In this document: positions 49,742 to 61,226 of the stretch, in pieces | How the letters are laid out: each line of letters begins with the position of its first letter | Numbering within the stretch: position 1 is the stretch's first letter | Assembly (NCBI GenBank): GCA_965645245.1 | Contig: OZ287073.1 | Coordinates: forward strand, 186,001-250,000 | DNA length: 64,000 bases | Reading direction: 5' to 3' | Source of the DNA: Massalongia carnosa | Taxonomy: Eukaryota | Notes under the pieces: generated by a model | What the model saw: the letters and a program-made list of their open reading frames with translations, nothing else | What the model was told of the DNA's origin: nothing | The model's database searches: none | Translations under genes and position numbers: made by a program

Positions 49742-50973
49742 CTATTATGCGGGGTCAGAAGTTTCCGGATAGATGAGAATTTTTTTTAGTTGAAAAGTAA
49801 AAAACCACCTTTCAATCCATAATGCCACTACCACGTAGCTCTAAACAGCCCAAAACTACGCGCAAAGAAGTGCCCGTCATAATCAGAGCTGAAATGTACG
49901 GTATGGGTCTCGCCGGCGCCTCCGTTAGTACTATACACGAAAAGTTTCCGCAATGGGGTCGTTCCAAAGCACGAGAAGATTGTCATTTGATACGAGCAGC
50001 GATTAAATCGGGGTCAAAGGGTCGTCGACAGCCTCTGGGGGAGTTGCAAGCTAACATTATGCCCGATGTTTCTCGAACCACCGTGAAACGACGTCTTCGA
50101 GATCAAAACGTTCGTAAATGGCGCGCAGCTAATCGTACGATGTTAACGGAAGCTCATATTGGTGATCGGCTGGGCTGGGCACGTCAATATGAGGATGTTT
50201 CGGAGGATGAGTGGGCTTAAGTGTGTTGGTCTGATGAGATGTCAGTTTGCAAACAGGATGGGAGTGAGAACGTGTGAGTTTTTCGACTTCCAAATGAGAA
50301 ATGGGATCACGAATGCTTCGAACCAGTCAACAATGGATCGAGAGTCACAAAGATGTTCTAGGGCTACTTTGCAGGCAATCGACGGGGTGGTTTGACCTCG
50401 TTGGAGCCCGATCTAGATCCTACGGGAAAGAAAGGTATCACAGGGTTGATTATACTCGATGCTTATAAAGAACGTCTTCCTACCATGCTCGATGACGATT
50501 CGGGCATTGTTTTTATGCAAGATGGAGCCAAAACACACAAAATTCGAGAGACAATGGACTGGTTCAAAGAAAAGGGGTACACGGTCATGGATTGGCCGGC
50601 CTACTCCCCCGATTTGAACCCCATCGAGATGGTATGGAAGAAATTGGAGAACATAGTCTTTAGAAGACACCCCGAATTACGCATTCTGTCAGCAAGTGCC
50701 CCAAAAATTCAAGAGGCCATTGTTGATGCTGTCTTGGAGGATGGGACTACATAACGGAGGCGTTTTTGGAAAGTTTAATGCGGTCAATGCCTCGTCGAGT
50801 GCAAGCAGTCCTGAATGCAAATAGAGGTTATACTAAATATTAGTTATATGTAAACAAACAATCGCATCATTTTACTGAAACGTTGATTTTGTAACAGCAA
50901 CAATAGATAATTCATACTGCTATGAAATTCGTTTAAATTCGCCTATCCGGACACTAACGACCTACCATAATAG
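49742..50973 (+). mobile_element. Tc1-like transposon with disrupted transposase (49822-50843)
   Basis: Imperfect ~31-bp TIRs CTATTATG...TCCGGATAG; TA on the left only; VSRTTVKRRL, WSDE, FMQDGAKTH, WPAYSPDLNPIEMVW, SMPRRVQAV; stops at 50218 and 50276. Confidence 0.88.
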
Positions 50974-51115
50974 AAAGAAACGCGTCAATAAACAGATTTC
51001 ACTCCACGACCCGGCTTCTCGGTGTCATTTGAGGAAGCGGAACGGGATGAGTGGAAGGAGGAGAGCACAAGGAGTGATGCGAACCGTTGCCGGATAAGAT
51101 TCAACTGCGAGAAAC

Positions 51116-51325
51116 TCAAGCAGTCCGAAAAGCCAGCTGACAAAGATTGGCAGTGACAGGCACCCCTTTACTGGTTGTCCTCTCCAATTGTGTCTTGAGA
51201 GCGCGCGCCCAGCCCGTTTGCGGCCAAACATTCTGAAGATTTGCGAGAGCATGTAAAATCCGGCTCGAGATGTAAAGAGAGTTGATCCCGGTAGAGAAAG
51301 CCGAGAAGATGAAAAAACATGTCAT
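51116..51325 (-). pseudogene. Amino-acid permease fragment
   Basis: IFSAFSTGINSLYISSRILHALA...RTTSKGVPVTA matches the conserved APC permease segment. Confidence 0.6.
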
Positions 51326-52678
51326 AGACGAGCTTTCATGTCATTGAGTACCTATCCCATCACGATATAAACACCTTACCCATCTTGTCGGCCCTACGCT
51401 TCTTTCTCCACTTCTGGCCCGCTCCTCCAGCGACGGCTTCAGACAGTCATTGCCTGGTCCATAACCACCTCTCGAAATCAACAAGTCCTGATGTTATGAT
51501 CTCCCTTCTCCACAGCTCGAGCAACCCTGCCTATCATAGAAACTGATAGTATTTTTTCTCCTCCCTTCATTTCTTCTGAGCATAATCCTTTTTAAATGCA
51601 ATTTCCAAGAGACAAAATTATCGTAAGTAGTAGATCTTTCAGCAACACTGGGCGCATAGACTCATGAATGATACACCGTTCCGATGGCTCGACTGTACTC
51701 ACTTCGACTTAATTCGATTTTCGCAACTCTCATCAAAGCATGAGCATGCGCATATAAAAATATCATGTCTTGTTATCGCAGATAGCTACTTAGGGGTGAA
51801 GGAAGTGCTTCGGGCCGAGAAATCCTGAGCATTCGTCGAGCATCAGCGCTTTAAGTGAAATTACGAGCCTGAGGATTCAGGACTCACTCTTTCATCAACT
51901 CCAGATTGTTGCTAAGTATGATGATCCAGCGATTGTTGATAGCGATTATTATTCTGCATCAATTTATTGACCCATGAAGTACACTTCTCATATCATGACG
52001 AAAGAGTTCATCCGATTGCGCAAGCCTTTGTCATCGTTGTTCTGCTCTCATGTGTTAAATGCTAATTCTTGTCAAAACATGCCAACCAGCTAACATTGGA
52101 CTGAGCGATTGCGTGACTAATTCATGTTTGTGTTAAAGAGCAGAAAAATCGTTGCACCCGAGGTAGATGCTTGCCAGCAAGGAGGAAACCAGCGGGGACT
52201 GGGTGTGATATATCTGTACCGTGTACATGTGTCTCGAGACTTCGTTAGTCAGACTTGTTGCATCTAGGCCGAGGTTGAAACTCGTTGATTGGTTATGTTT
52301 CAGGGACTACTTACCTTCTCAAATGAAAAGTCCCCTTATCGCAGTTCTTCTTTCACTCCGCTTGATTCATTTATCCTTTCTGTGCTGTTGTCGGGTTATT
52401 ATGCTTTGTATCGTTTGTGATCGGTTGCTGACCTGTTCTACTATCGTCTTTTCCTCTGAAGCATTGCCTGAGATGCAAATATAACATCTCTCTCTCTTAC
52501 TGAAGACAACATATTAATAATGGTGAAGTTTGCATTACTCTACGCTACATCATATGATTCTGCCTATGCTTCTCTTCCGAATATCTCCCGGTTAATATTA
52601 CTCTCATTGCTTTAACTCCAACATTGATTTTTCGAACTCGTGATCTCTGAACTACGTTAGATAAAACATTAAAAACTA

Positions 52679-53866
52679 ACGTAACCCACCACTAGTTCGT
52701 CACACACCACTACTTTAAACACCAGAATTGCTTCATTTACCTTGCTGTCGCCAGCTGCAACGTCGTCGATATGAATAACTTCTTGAATCTAACTAAAGGC
52801 GCCTCTTATTCAGCCATTAATCTAACCCCGAACCGAAGGAATTGTTTCAATTGGTCGCCCAGCGCCCAAACCAACCACCCTTTTTGATTCAACTTCCCCA
52901 TGCCTTCCGAGTCTCCCCAGGCGAAAAATCTCTTCGTAATAGCTTCATGATCGACAGTATTAATTATAGTGAGATGAAGAGTGTGATTTTGAATGAGTAG
53001 TTCGATTAGCTACAAACAAGATCAAAATCAAAGTAGTTGGAATTATCAGAGGCCCAGTAGAAATCATCAGAGGCCCAAATGAACATAAAAGCTCTTTTTT
53101 CATCAGATATTTCTCCCAATCTTCGTTGTCNNNNNNNNNNNNNNNNNNNNNNNNNNNNNNNNNNNNNNNNNNNNNNNNNNNNNNNNNNNNNNNNNNNNNN
53201 NNNNNNNNNNNNNNNNNNNNNNNNNNNNNNNNNNNNNNNNNNNNNNNNNNNNNNNNNNNNNNNNNNNNNNNNNNNNNNNNNNNNNNNNNNNNNNNNNNNN
53301 NNNNNNNNNNNNNNNNNNNNNNNNNNNNNNAAGAGGATGAACTGAAGGCTGAACGTAAGCGTGAACGAGTCTCAAAGGCCATGCAGAAGGAGGAGGAAAA
53401 GAGGTTGAAGATGTCAAATCAAGGGCCATCGAAAAGAAGACGAGGTAATTTGCCTACAAATGCTCCATTTACCTCTCAAAGTCAGATGGAGTTTACCTGG
53501 GATTCCACCCAAACACAATTGAATTTTGTATGGGATTCGCCTACCCCGCAAGCTCGTTCTTTGGAAGCATCTCCGAGTCTTTACGGGTCGAGTTTGAACG
53601 CGCCTTATTTTATCAGGCCGGTGGTGAGGGAGGGAAGTCCTGATTTATGAAGACATAAATCTTGAGAGTTGAAGTTCGACGACGAGGTTTTTCGGATGGT
53701 AATAGAAGGGGGGTGGGGGATGTAATTACTCTCGGGTGACGATCAGACTGTTTTCGAGCGACGAGGCTATTCAGATTTATTTAATTCATCATTATTGTCG
53801 CTGTCATTGATGATGACGATGAGGGTATTTAGATATTCTGGTGTTTAAAGTATTGGTGGGTTACGT
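52679..53866. mobile_element. pogo/Fot1-like TIR element spanning the assembly gap
   Basis: TIR ACGTAACCCACCA / TGGTGGGTTACGT plus inner TACTTTAAACACCAGAA inverted match; TA on both sides (52677-52678, 53867-53868). Confidence 0.8.
53131..53330. other. Assembly gap (200 N)
   Basis: Run of N. Confidence 1.
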
Positions 53867-54139
53867 TACCTCTTTCTTTTACTTCAAGTCCTTATGAAAA
53901 TTTTCAACGCGAAAAAGATACGACAACCTTTAGGAAAAAATGGCCAGAAATTAAGCAGATCGAACGATAGGAAAGCAATGCTAATCTACTACGCTAGGAT
54001 TTCTCAATTACAATCTCCTTCATCTTAAATTGTGTCTTGCATTCCGCATATTTCTTTCAAGAAGAAAATAGAAGACTATTTGAAAGCAACTGTAAATGAA
54101 GCATCTCTTTTGTATTGATGATTGATGAAGGACTTGATA

Positions 54140-57100
54140 TCAGCAAGGTTTCATGGCTGCCTCCAGCAACTGCAAAACCCTCTCTTGAGATTTCCTCAAT
54201 GCCTGCAGCGAGCTGTCTTTCACGATCATGTTCTCTCCTTCATCCAACAACCACTGCATCGTCTTCTCGTAACCTTCCCTTGATGCCTGCAGCGAGCTGT
54301 CATTGACGTTCACCCCGTTATTCAATAAAAATTGCACTGCCTTCTCGTGATATCTCGATGATGTAGTCAGTAATACGATATCGTCAATTTTCCATTTTTC
54401 CCCCAATCTGCTCTGTATTATCCTTATGTGACCTTCCGACAATGTAATTACCAGCAACTTGTCGTTAACTTGCGCTCCATTTTTCAACAATAACTGCATC
54501 ACCTTCTCTTGACCATATATGCATGCATTCTGCAGCGCGCTGTCATTTACTTCCGCTTCGTTGTTCAACAGCAACTGCACGATTTTCTCGTGACCTCCGC
54601 ACGATGCCGCCTGCAGCGCGTTGCCATAGTATCCGCCTTGCGCGTTCACGTCCGCTTCGTTGTTCAACAGCAACTGCACGATTTTCTCGTGACCTTCGGA
54701 CGATGCCGCCTGCAGCGCGTTGCCAAAGTATCCGCCTTGCGCGTTCACGTCTACTTCGTTGTTCAACAGCAACTGCACGATTTTTTCGTCATCTCCGACC
54801 AATGCCGCCTGCAGCGCGTTGCCAAAGTATCCGCCTTGCGCGTTCACATCCGCTTCGTTGTTCAACAGCAACTGCACGATTTTCTCGTCACCTCCGACCG
54901 ATGCCGCCTGCAGCGCGTTGCCATAGTATCCGCCTTGCGCGTTCACGTCCGCTTCGTTCTTCAACAGCAACTGCACGATTTTCTCGTGACTTCGGGACGA
55001 TGCCGCCTGCAGCGCGTTGCCAAATTGTCCGCCTTGCGCGTTCACGTCCGCTTCGTTGTTCAACAGCAACTGCACGATTTTCTCGTGACCTCGGGACGAT
55101 GCCGCCTGCAGCGCGTTGCCAAAGAGTCCGCCTTGCGCGTTCACGTCCGCTTCGTTGTTCAACAGCAACTGCACGATTTTCTCGTGACCTTCGGACGATG
55201 CCGCCTGCAGCGCGTTGCCAAAGTATCCGCCTTGCGCGTTCACGTCTACTTCGTTGTTCAACAGCAACTGCACGATTTTCTCGTCACCTCCGACCGATGC
55301 CGCCTGCAGCGCGTTGCCATAGTATCCGCCTTGCGCGTTCACGTCCGCTTCGTTCTTCAACAGCAACTGCACGATTTTCTCGTGACTTCGGGACGATGCC
55401 GCCTGCAGCGCGTTGCCAAAGTGTCCGCCTTGCGCGTTCACGTCCGCTTCGTTGTTCAACAGCAACTGCACGATTTTCTCGTGACCTCCGGACGATGCCG
55501 CCTGCAGCGCGTTGCCATACTCTCCGCCTTGCGCGTTCACGTCCGCTTCGTTGTTCAACAGCAACTGCACGATTTTCTCGTGACCTCCGGACGATGCCGC
55601 CTGCAGCGCGTTGCCAAAGTGTCCGCCTTGCGCGTTCACGTTCGCTTCGCTGTTCAACAGCAGTTGCACGATTTTCTCGTGACCTTTGCACGATGCCGCC
55701 TGCAGCGCGTTGCCAAAGTGTCCGCCTTGCCCGTTCACGTCCGCTTCGCTGTTCAACAGCAACTGCACGATTTTCTCGTGACCTCCGGACGATGCCGCCT
55801 GCAGCGCGTTGCCAAAGTATCCGCCTTGCGCGTTCACGTCCGCTTCGTTGTTCAACAGCAACTGCACGATTTTCTCGTGACCTCGGGACGATGCCGCCTG
55901 CAGCGCGTTGCCAAAGAGTCCGCCTTGCGCGTTCACGTCCGCTTCGTTGTTCAACAGCAACTGCACGATTTTCTCGTGACCTCCGTACGATGCCGCCTGC
56001 AGCGCGTTGCCATCCTCTCCGCCTTGCGCGTTCACGTCCGCTTCGTTGTTCAACAGCAACTGCACGATTTCCTCGTGACCTCCGGACGATGCCGCCTGCA
56101 GCGCGTTGCCAAAGTGTCCGCCTTGCGCGTTCACGTTCGCTTCGCTGTTCAACAGCAGTTGCACGATTTTCTCGTGACCTTTGCACGATGCCGCCTGCAG
56201 CGCGTTGCCAAAGAGTCCGCCTTGCCCGTTCACGTCCGCTTCGCTGTTCAACAGCAACTGCACGATTTTCTCGTGACCTCCGGACGATGCCGCCTGCAGC
56301 GCGTTGCCATCCTCTCCGCCTTGCGCCTTCACGTCCGCTTCGTTGTTCAACAGCAACTGCACGATTTTCTCGTGACCTCCGGACGATGCCGCCTGCAGCG
56401 CGTTGCCATCCTCTCCGCCTTGCGCGTTCACGTCCGCTTCGTTGTTCAACAGCAACTGCACGATTTTCTCGTGACCTTCGGACGATGCCGCCTGCAGCGC
56501 GTTGCCATAGTATCCGCCTTGCGCGTTCACGTCCGCTTCGTTGTTCAACAGCAACTGCACGATTTTCTCGTGACTTCCGGACGATGCCGCCTGCAGCGCG
56601 TTGCCAAAGTGTCCGCCTTGCGCGTTCACGTCCGCTTCGTTGTTCAACAGCAACTGCACGATTTTCTCGTGACCTCCGTACGATGCCGCCTGCAGCGCGT
56701 TGCCAAAGTGTCCGCCTTGCGCGTTCACGTCCGCTTCGTTGTTCAACAGCAACTGCACGATTTTCTCGTGACTTCCGGACGATGCCGCCTGCAGCGCGTT
56801 GCCAAAGTGTCCGCCTTGCGCGTTCACGTCCGCTTCGTTGTTCAACAGCAACTGCACGATTTTCTCGTGACCTCCGGACGATGCCGCCTGCAGCGCGTTG
56901 CCAAAGTGTCCGCCTTGCGCGTTCACGTCCGCTTCGCTGTTCAACAGCAACTGCACGATTTTCTCGTGACCTCCGGACGATGCCGCCTGCATCGCGTTGC
57001 CAAAGTGTCCTCCTTGCGCGTTCACGTCCGCTTCGCTGTTCAACAGCAACTGCACGATTTTCTCGTGACCTCCGGACGATGCCGCCTGCAGCGCGTTGCC

Positions 57101-59978
57101 AAAGTGTCCGCCTTGCGCGTTCACGTCCGCTTCGTTATTCAATAAAACCATGATAATGGAAAGATGACCGTATTCACTGGCAATATGCAGTATTGATTCA
57201 TTATTGTTATTGTGTGTCTCGACATCGAGAACAGCTGTTTCCCACCAATCCAATATGATTTTATTGAATCCAAACGCTGATATTGCCAGTAAAGTTAAAG
57301 AAGATGGACTAATACTATCAAATACTTTATATACCAGACTGGTACTAAACACCTGCACATCACGATATCTCTTATATATATCCTTGTCTATTATTTCATG
57401 CCAACTCTTGTACGCTGGGCTGCTTTCGTTGAAGGATCCAAGGAATTGCTTTAAAATTATCGTTAAACGAGAATCAATCCTTTCTTTATCGTGGTTTTGT
57501 ACGTGATCTGCCCAACAGAATCTTGCGTAGCGAACAATGTCGTCGAGTTCTTTGTTTTCGTCTTGCAATTCGGTATTCCGTTTTTGTTGAACTGGATCAT
57601 TCAACAAAGACAAACATACTTTCGCTATTAGAGCATTCGCATCATAGTATCCCCAGTGTCTTTCCAGATATTCTTGAACTGATAAGTGGGAAAATCGGCA
57701 GATATGAAGCTGAGAATCAACGACGATTAAGTTTTGACAAGCGTCGAGAACAAAATCGATATCGACATCCACAGGGTCGACAACGTCCGTGTTGTGATCT
57801 TGACAAACCCCAGCGATTAATGCTTCTGGCGATAAGGGGACAACGGAATACATAATCCATTGAAATGCACGGTCGGCAATTTCGGGCGCACTTCCATCCT
57901 GAGCCTTAATTCTGCGATATATTTCGTCATATGCCGCATCAAGGTCCTTAGGAAGTTTGCCTAGTCGCTCTTCAATATCGCGTCTACGGGGCAGGAGTTT
58001 ATGTAGTTGAATAATCTGCAGAGACGCCCACTGAAACCTATTCTACTCTTAGAAAATCAATGCTAGTGACCGACGGTTATAGAAACTTACATTCCGTCGC
58101 TTTTGCTCACCAACGTCTCGGAGATGAGCTCTCTAAGTTCGGAACTTATCTTGCAATACCATTCCTTTTTATCTTTGATCTTGTCATCAACAAACTTTGC
58201 TATGTCCTTCTCATTATCCGTTGCCCTGATTTCCATGTTTGGTCCACCACTAAATCGGTGTTTGATATCTAGGTCTGGCCTGCTCGAGATGAAAATTTTT
58301 ACCAAGTTAGAAGACTTGCCGCTCACCAAGATGTCTAACATTTCCATGAAAGGGGCCCTCGTTTCCTTGTTGCACTCATCCAAAGCGTCCACAACTAGCG
58401 TGATTTGAGGATAAATTTCAACTAGCTGACGTAGAAGATCAAAACTTTCCTCAATCTTGAGCCCTCCTGAGGCAAAGGCATTTCTCTGCTTCAAATCATA
58501 CCTTTGAACGATCGGACGCTGGATCTTATTGGTGTTTTCGACTCCGGATAGTTGTCGCACAAAGCTGCTCATGATTAATGCTGGGTCTTGACGATTAGGC
58601 TGATTGCGATCGCAATAAAAGTAAGCCAGCGCCTCGTCATTGGGCTGCTCAGCAAATGTTTTAATCAAGTCGTCGACGACTGTTGACACAAGTTTAGTTT
58701 TGCCAGCGCCAGCTAATGAACACAGTCAGTAAGAAATGCTAGATAAATTTATACACACTTACGCATTCCGTGCAGCCATAATATTGTAGATGCGCTAGAC
58801 GCACGCCATTCTACATGTCGTTCATGATTCAGTAGCCACTTTCCTGTTCCTTTTGTCCATCCTTTGCGAGCAACATAGTGGATTTCCTCGTATGGAATGT
58901 CGGATACCCAAAAAAGTATTTTATTTCGCTTGTCCACTTCATATTCATCGCTCAAAGCACTCACTCGAGCATCGACGCGCAAGATTGGGCTTCTCAAGTC
59001 TTCAAATAAGCTCTTTAGCTTCATATTTGCCTCCCGATCTTGTATGCGATCCAAAATTCTTGCCTCCGTATCTACTTGGGTTTCTAAGTCCTTACAACTC
59101 TCAACAAATTTGAGAACTTTCGAACCCAACACACTCCCCAGAGTTCGAGATACAGATCCTTTATCATATAAGTTCTTCGCACGGGCAAGGAATCTTAACA
59201 CAACGAGATACAAGGCTGTCAACGCCGTTGTCAAGTTCTCCATAGCAAGTGTGGACGGTCCGGATACCTCAGAAGAAAGGTAAAGGAGTTCATATATTGT
59301 GCACCGATTGATAAGTTGCGTCACCTTCTCTCCGCCAACAAGTAAAGCTGCCATCAACTCGCTTTCTCCCACCGCCATCTTTTTCAGAGTTAAATCTTTT
59401 CAAGATCATGTCAAAGGAAGATCCAATCTCACCTGAAGCAAAAACCTGACTCCCGCCCATGGCAACGCAGCATGAACGGGATCAAAATTTACCGCGACGT
59501 CTCCAATTTCCTTGAATTTGTTGAGCCCAAAAATAATTTTCTCCGCTAAATCGCGAAGGATGATCTCTCGGCCGTGAAAATTGAATTTCCATCGTTTCTT
59601 GAGGCATTCATCTCGCTTCTGCTGAACGACATCGTGTAACTGTTCCACGATCTCTAGTTTTAAATTCACGGATATTTGCTGAATAGCTGCTTTCTCCTCT
59701 GACGATAGTTTCTGCAGCGCAATGTACCAGAGACCACTCTGTACATTCTGAGCTTGCGCACCCGTTGAGGAAGATGCTTCGATCGATCTCGCCTCTTCAG
59801 TTGAATCCGGAGCAGATTTAGAGCTCACCTTGACGGTTGACGTCAGAATAGAGGCAGAATCAGGTTTCGTTGATTGTGTTGTGGAAGATCCTTGCACTGA
59901 AACTCCGGTAGAGTCCTGTTTTGCCTTACTAGCCTTGTGACTAAACAAGGACCTACTTTCACGCGAAGAGCTTTCCAT
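54140..59978 (-). CDS. Fungal NLR: NACHT N-terminal helical domain - NACHT - ankyrin repeats
   Basis: [29 protein letters not shown]-loop WLHGMPGAGKT split by an intron; Walker [30 protein letters not shown]; 26 conserved ankyrins. Introns 59379-59432, 58713-58762 and 58038-58090 give an open frame. Confidence 0.93.
54550..57135 (-). repeat. Highly conserved 99-bp ankyrin tandem array (26 units)
   Basis: GCGTTCAC at 54642 and at 57117 are 2475 bp = 25 x 99 apart. Confidence 0.95.
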
Positions 59979-61226
59979 CGAATCCTGCACTAGGAATGAT
60001 AGTCGTAGATTTACAACTGCAACAATAAGGCTTTGTGCTGGCAACAGTAGAATCACCAAAACAATACTGAGGTGTACTGATGGTCAAGAGAGAGTTAAAA
60101 CTCTCCAAGATAGGTGGGCGCAGCCTGCTGCTTTCTTAGCACTGATTGGTTCAGCACGTTTCACTAGATGCATCTAGGCGGCGTAGTCCGGACACGTCAT
60201 CGCCAATGATTTTCGAGGCATGCCCGTCCTCGTCGGTAGAAAACATAAGGCTACATGTTGTTGTGAATGAAAGACCATCACAATGAGAATTCTACCACAA
60301 GATGCTAATCGAGTTAAACGGGTACGAAGACATTCATGTCATCAGCACTTCATCAAGTCCACAGAATAGTACTAATGAATCAACTTCTCCGAGTATGCAT
60401 GACGTGATTCTAACGCTGCTTGACGTAGAAGTCGACTTGTCGAATAATTATGTCCACAGCACCACTCTTCTATGAGCAATAAGCATTCCCCAATTCTGTA
60501 TCAAAGATTTCACGTTCTGTGCGCGACAGCTCGATATCAAAAGAATACATTCTGCTTTTAAAACTACTGTGCTTTATGCTTACATACATAGCACTCTCCG
60601 CAATCGCTGAAGAGCCGAAAGTTACTTCGAGATGTTCGAATCGTGACTACAGAGTACTGCCTCTTACTTTGGCATTATTCTTGTCATCATAACCCTCCGT
60701 TCTATGTATTGTCTCTTGAGATTCTCATCCATCACTAGGCCATGAGCACGGGTGTCTCTTTGGTCCCAACTTTGCACCAAGGAACCCAAGCTTCAGCGTG
60801 TTTTTGTCGACAATCTCCTGCTTGTGGGCCTCCATCTCGTCGAAATCCCCAGTTTACACTGATAAAGCTATGTCAAACCTGAATGCGGTCGATTCTCATC
60901 GCCGATCCTCGACCCCCTGTCGCGGTAGATGCCGCTAAGACTACGCCATTTCTTTCCCACCTTTACCCCTCAATTTGCCGGGGTTGATATCGTTGCCGCC
61001 ATGACCCCTTTTCCCTTCTATATAGGTAGCTAGATGTTGGCATTTCCCGCATACAGAATACAGTCTTTTTATCCTTCCTGAATCCATGTGATTGGTCAGA
61101 AAGGTTGACAAGCTACCATTTAGATAATCGGCTTTGGGGTCGCAAGGTAGAGCGAGACACCACCGGTTTGGATACCATTATCAATGGCAAATGAGGTCAT
61201 GAAGTCGACTACCGCACCGTGGCTGG

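Noticed and set aside
52960..53650. ORFs spanning X runs
   Set aside because: Artefacts of the N gap.
54509..57153. 878-aa and 876-aa plus-strand ORFs and a 300-aa alternate-frame ORF
   Set aside because: Shadow frames of the stop-free 99-bp ankyrin repeat; they start and end with the array.
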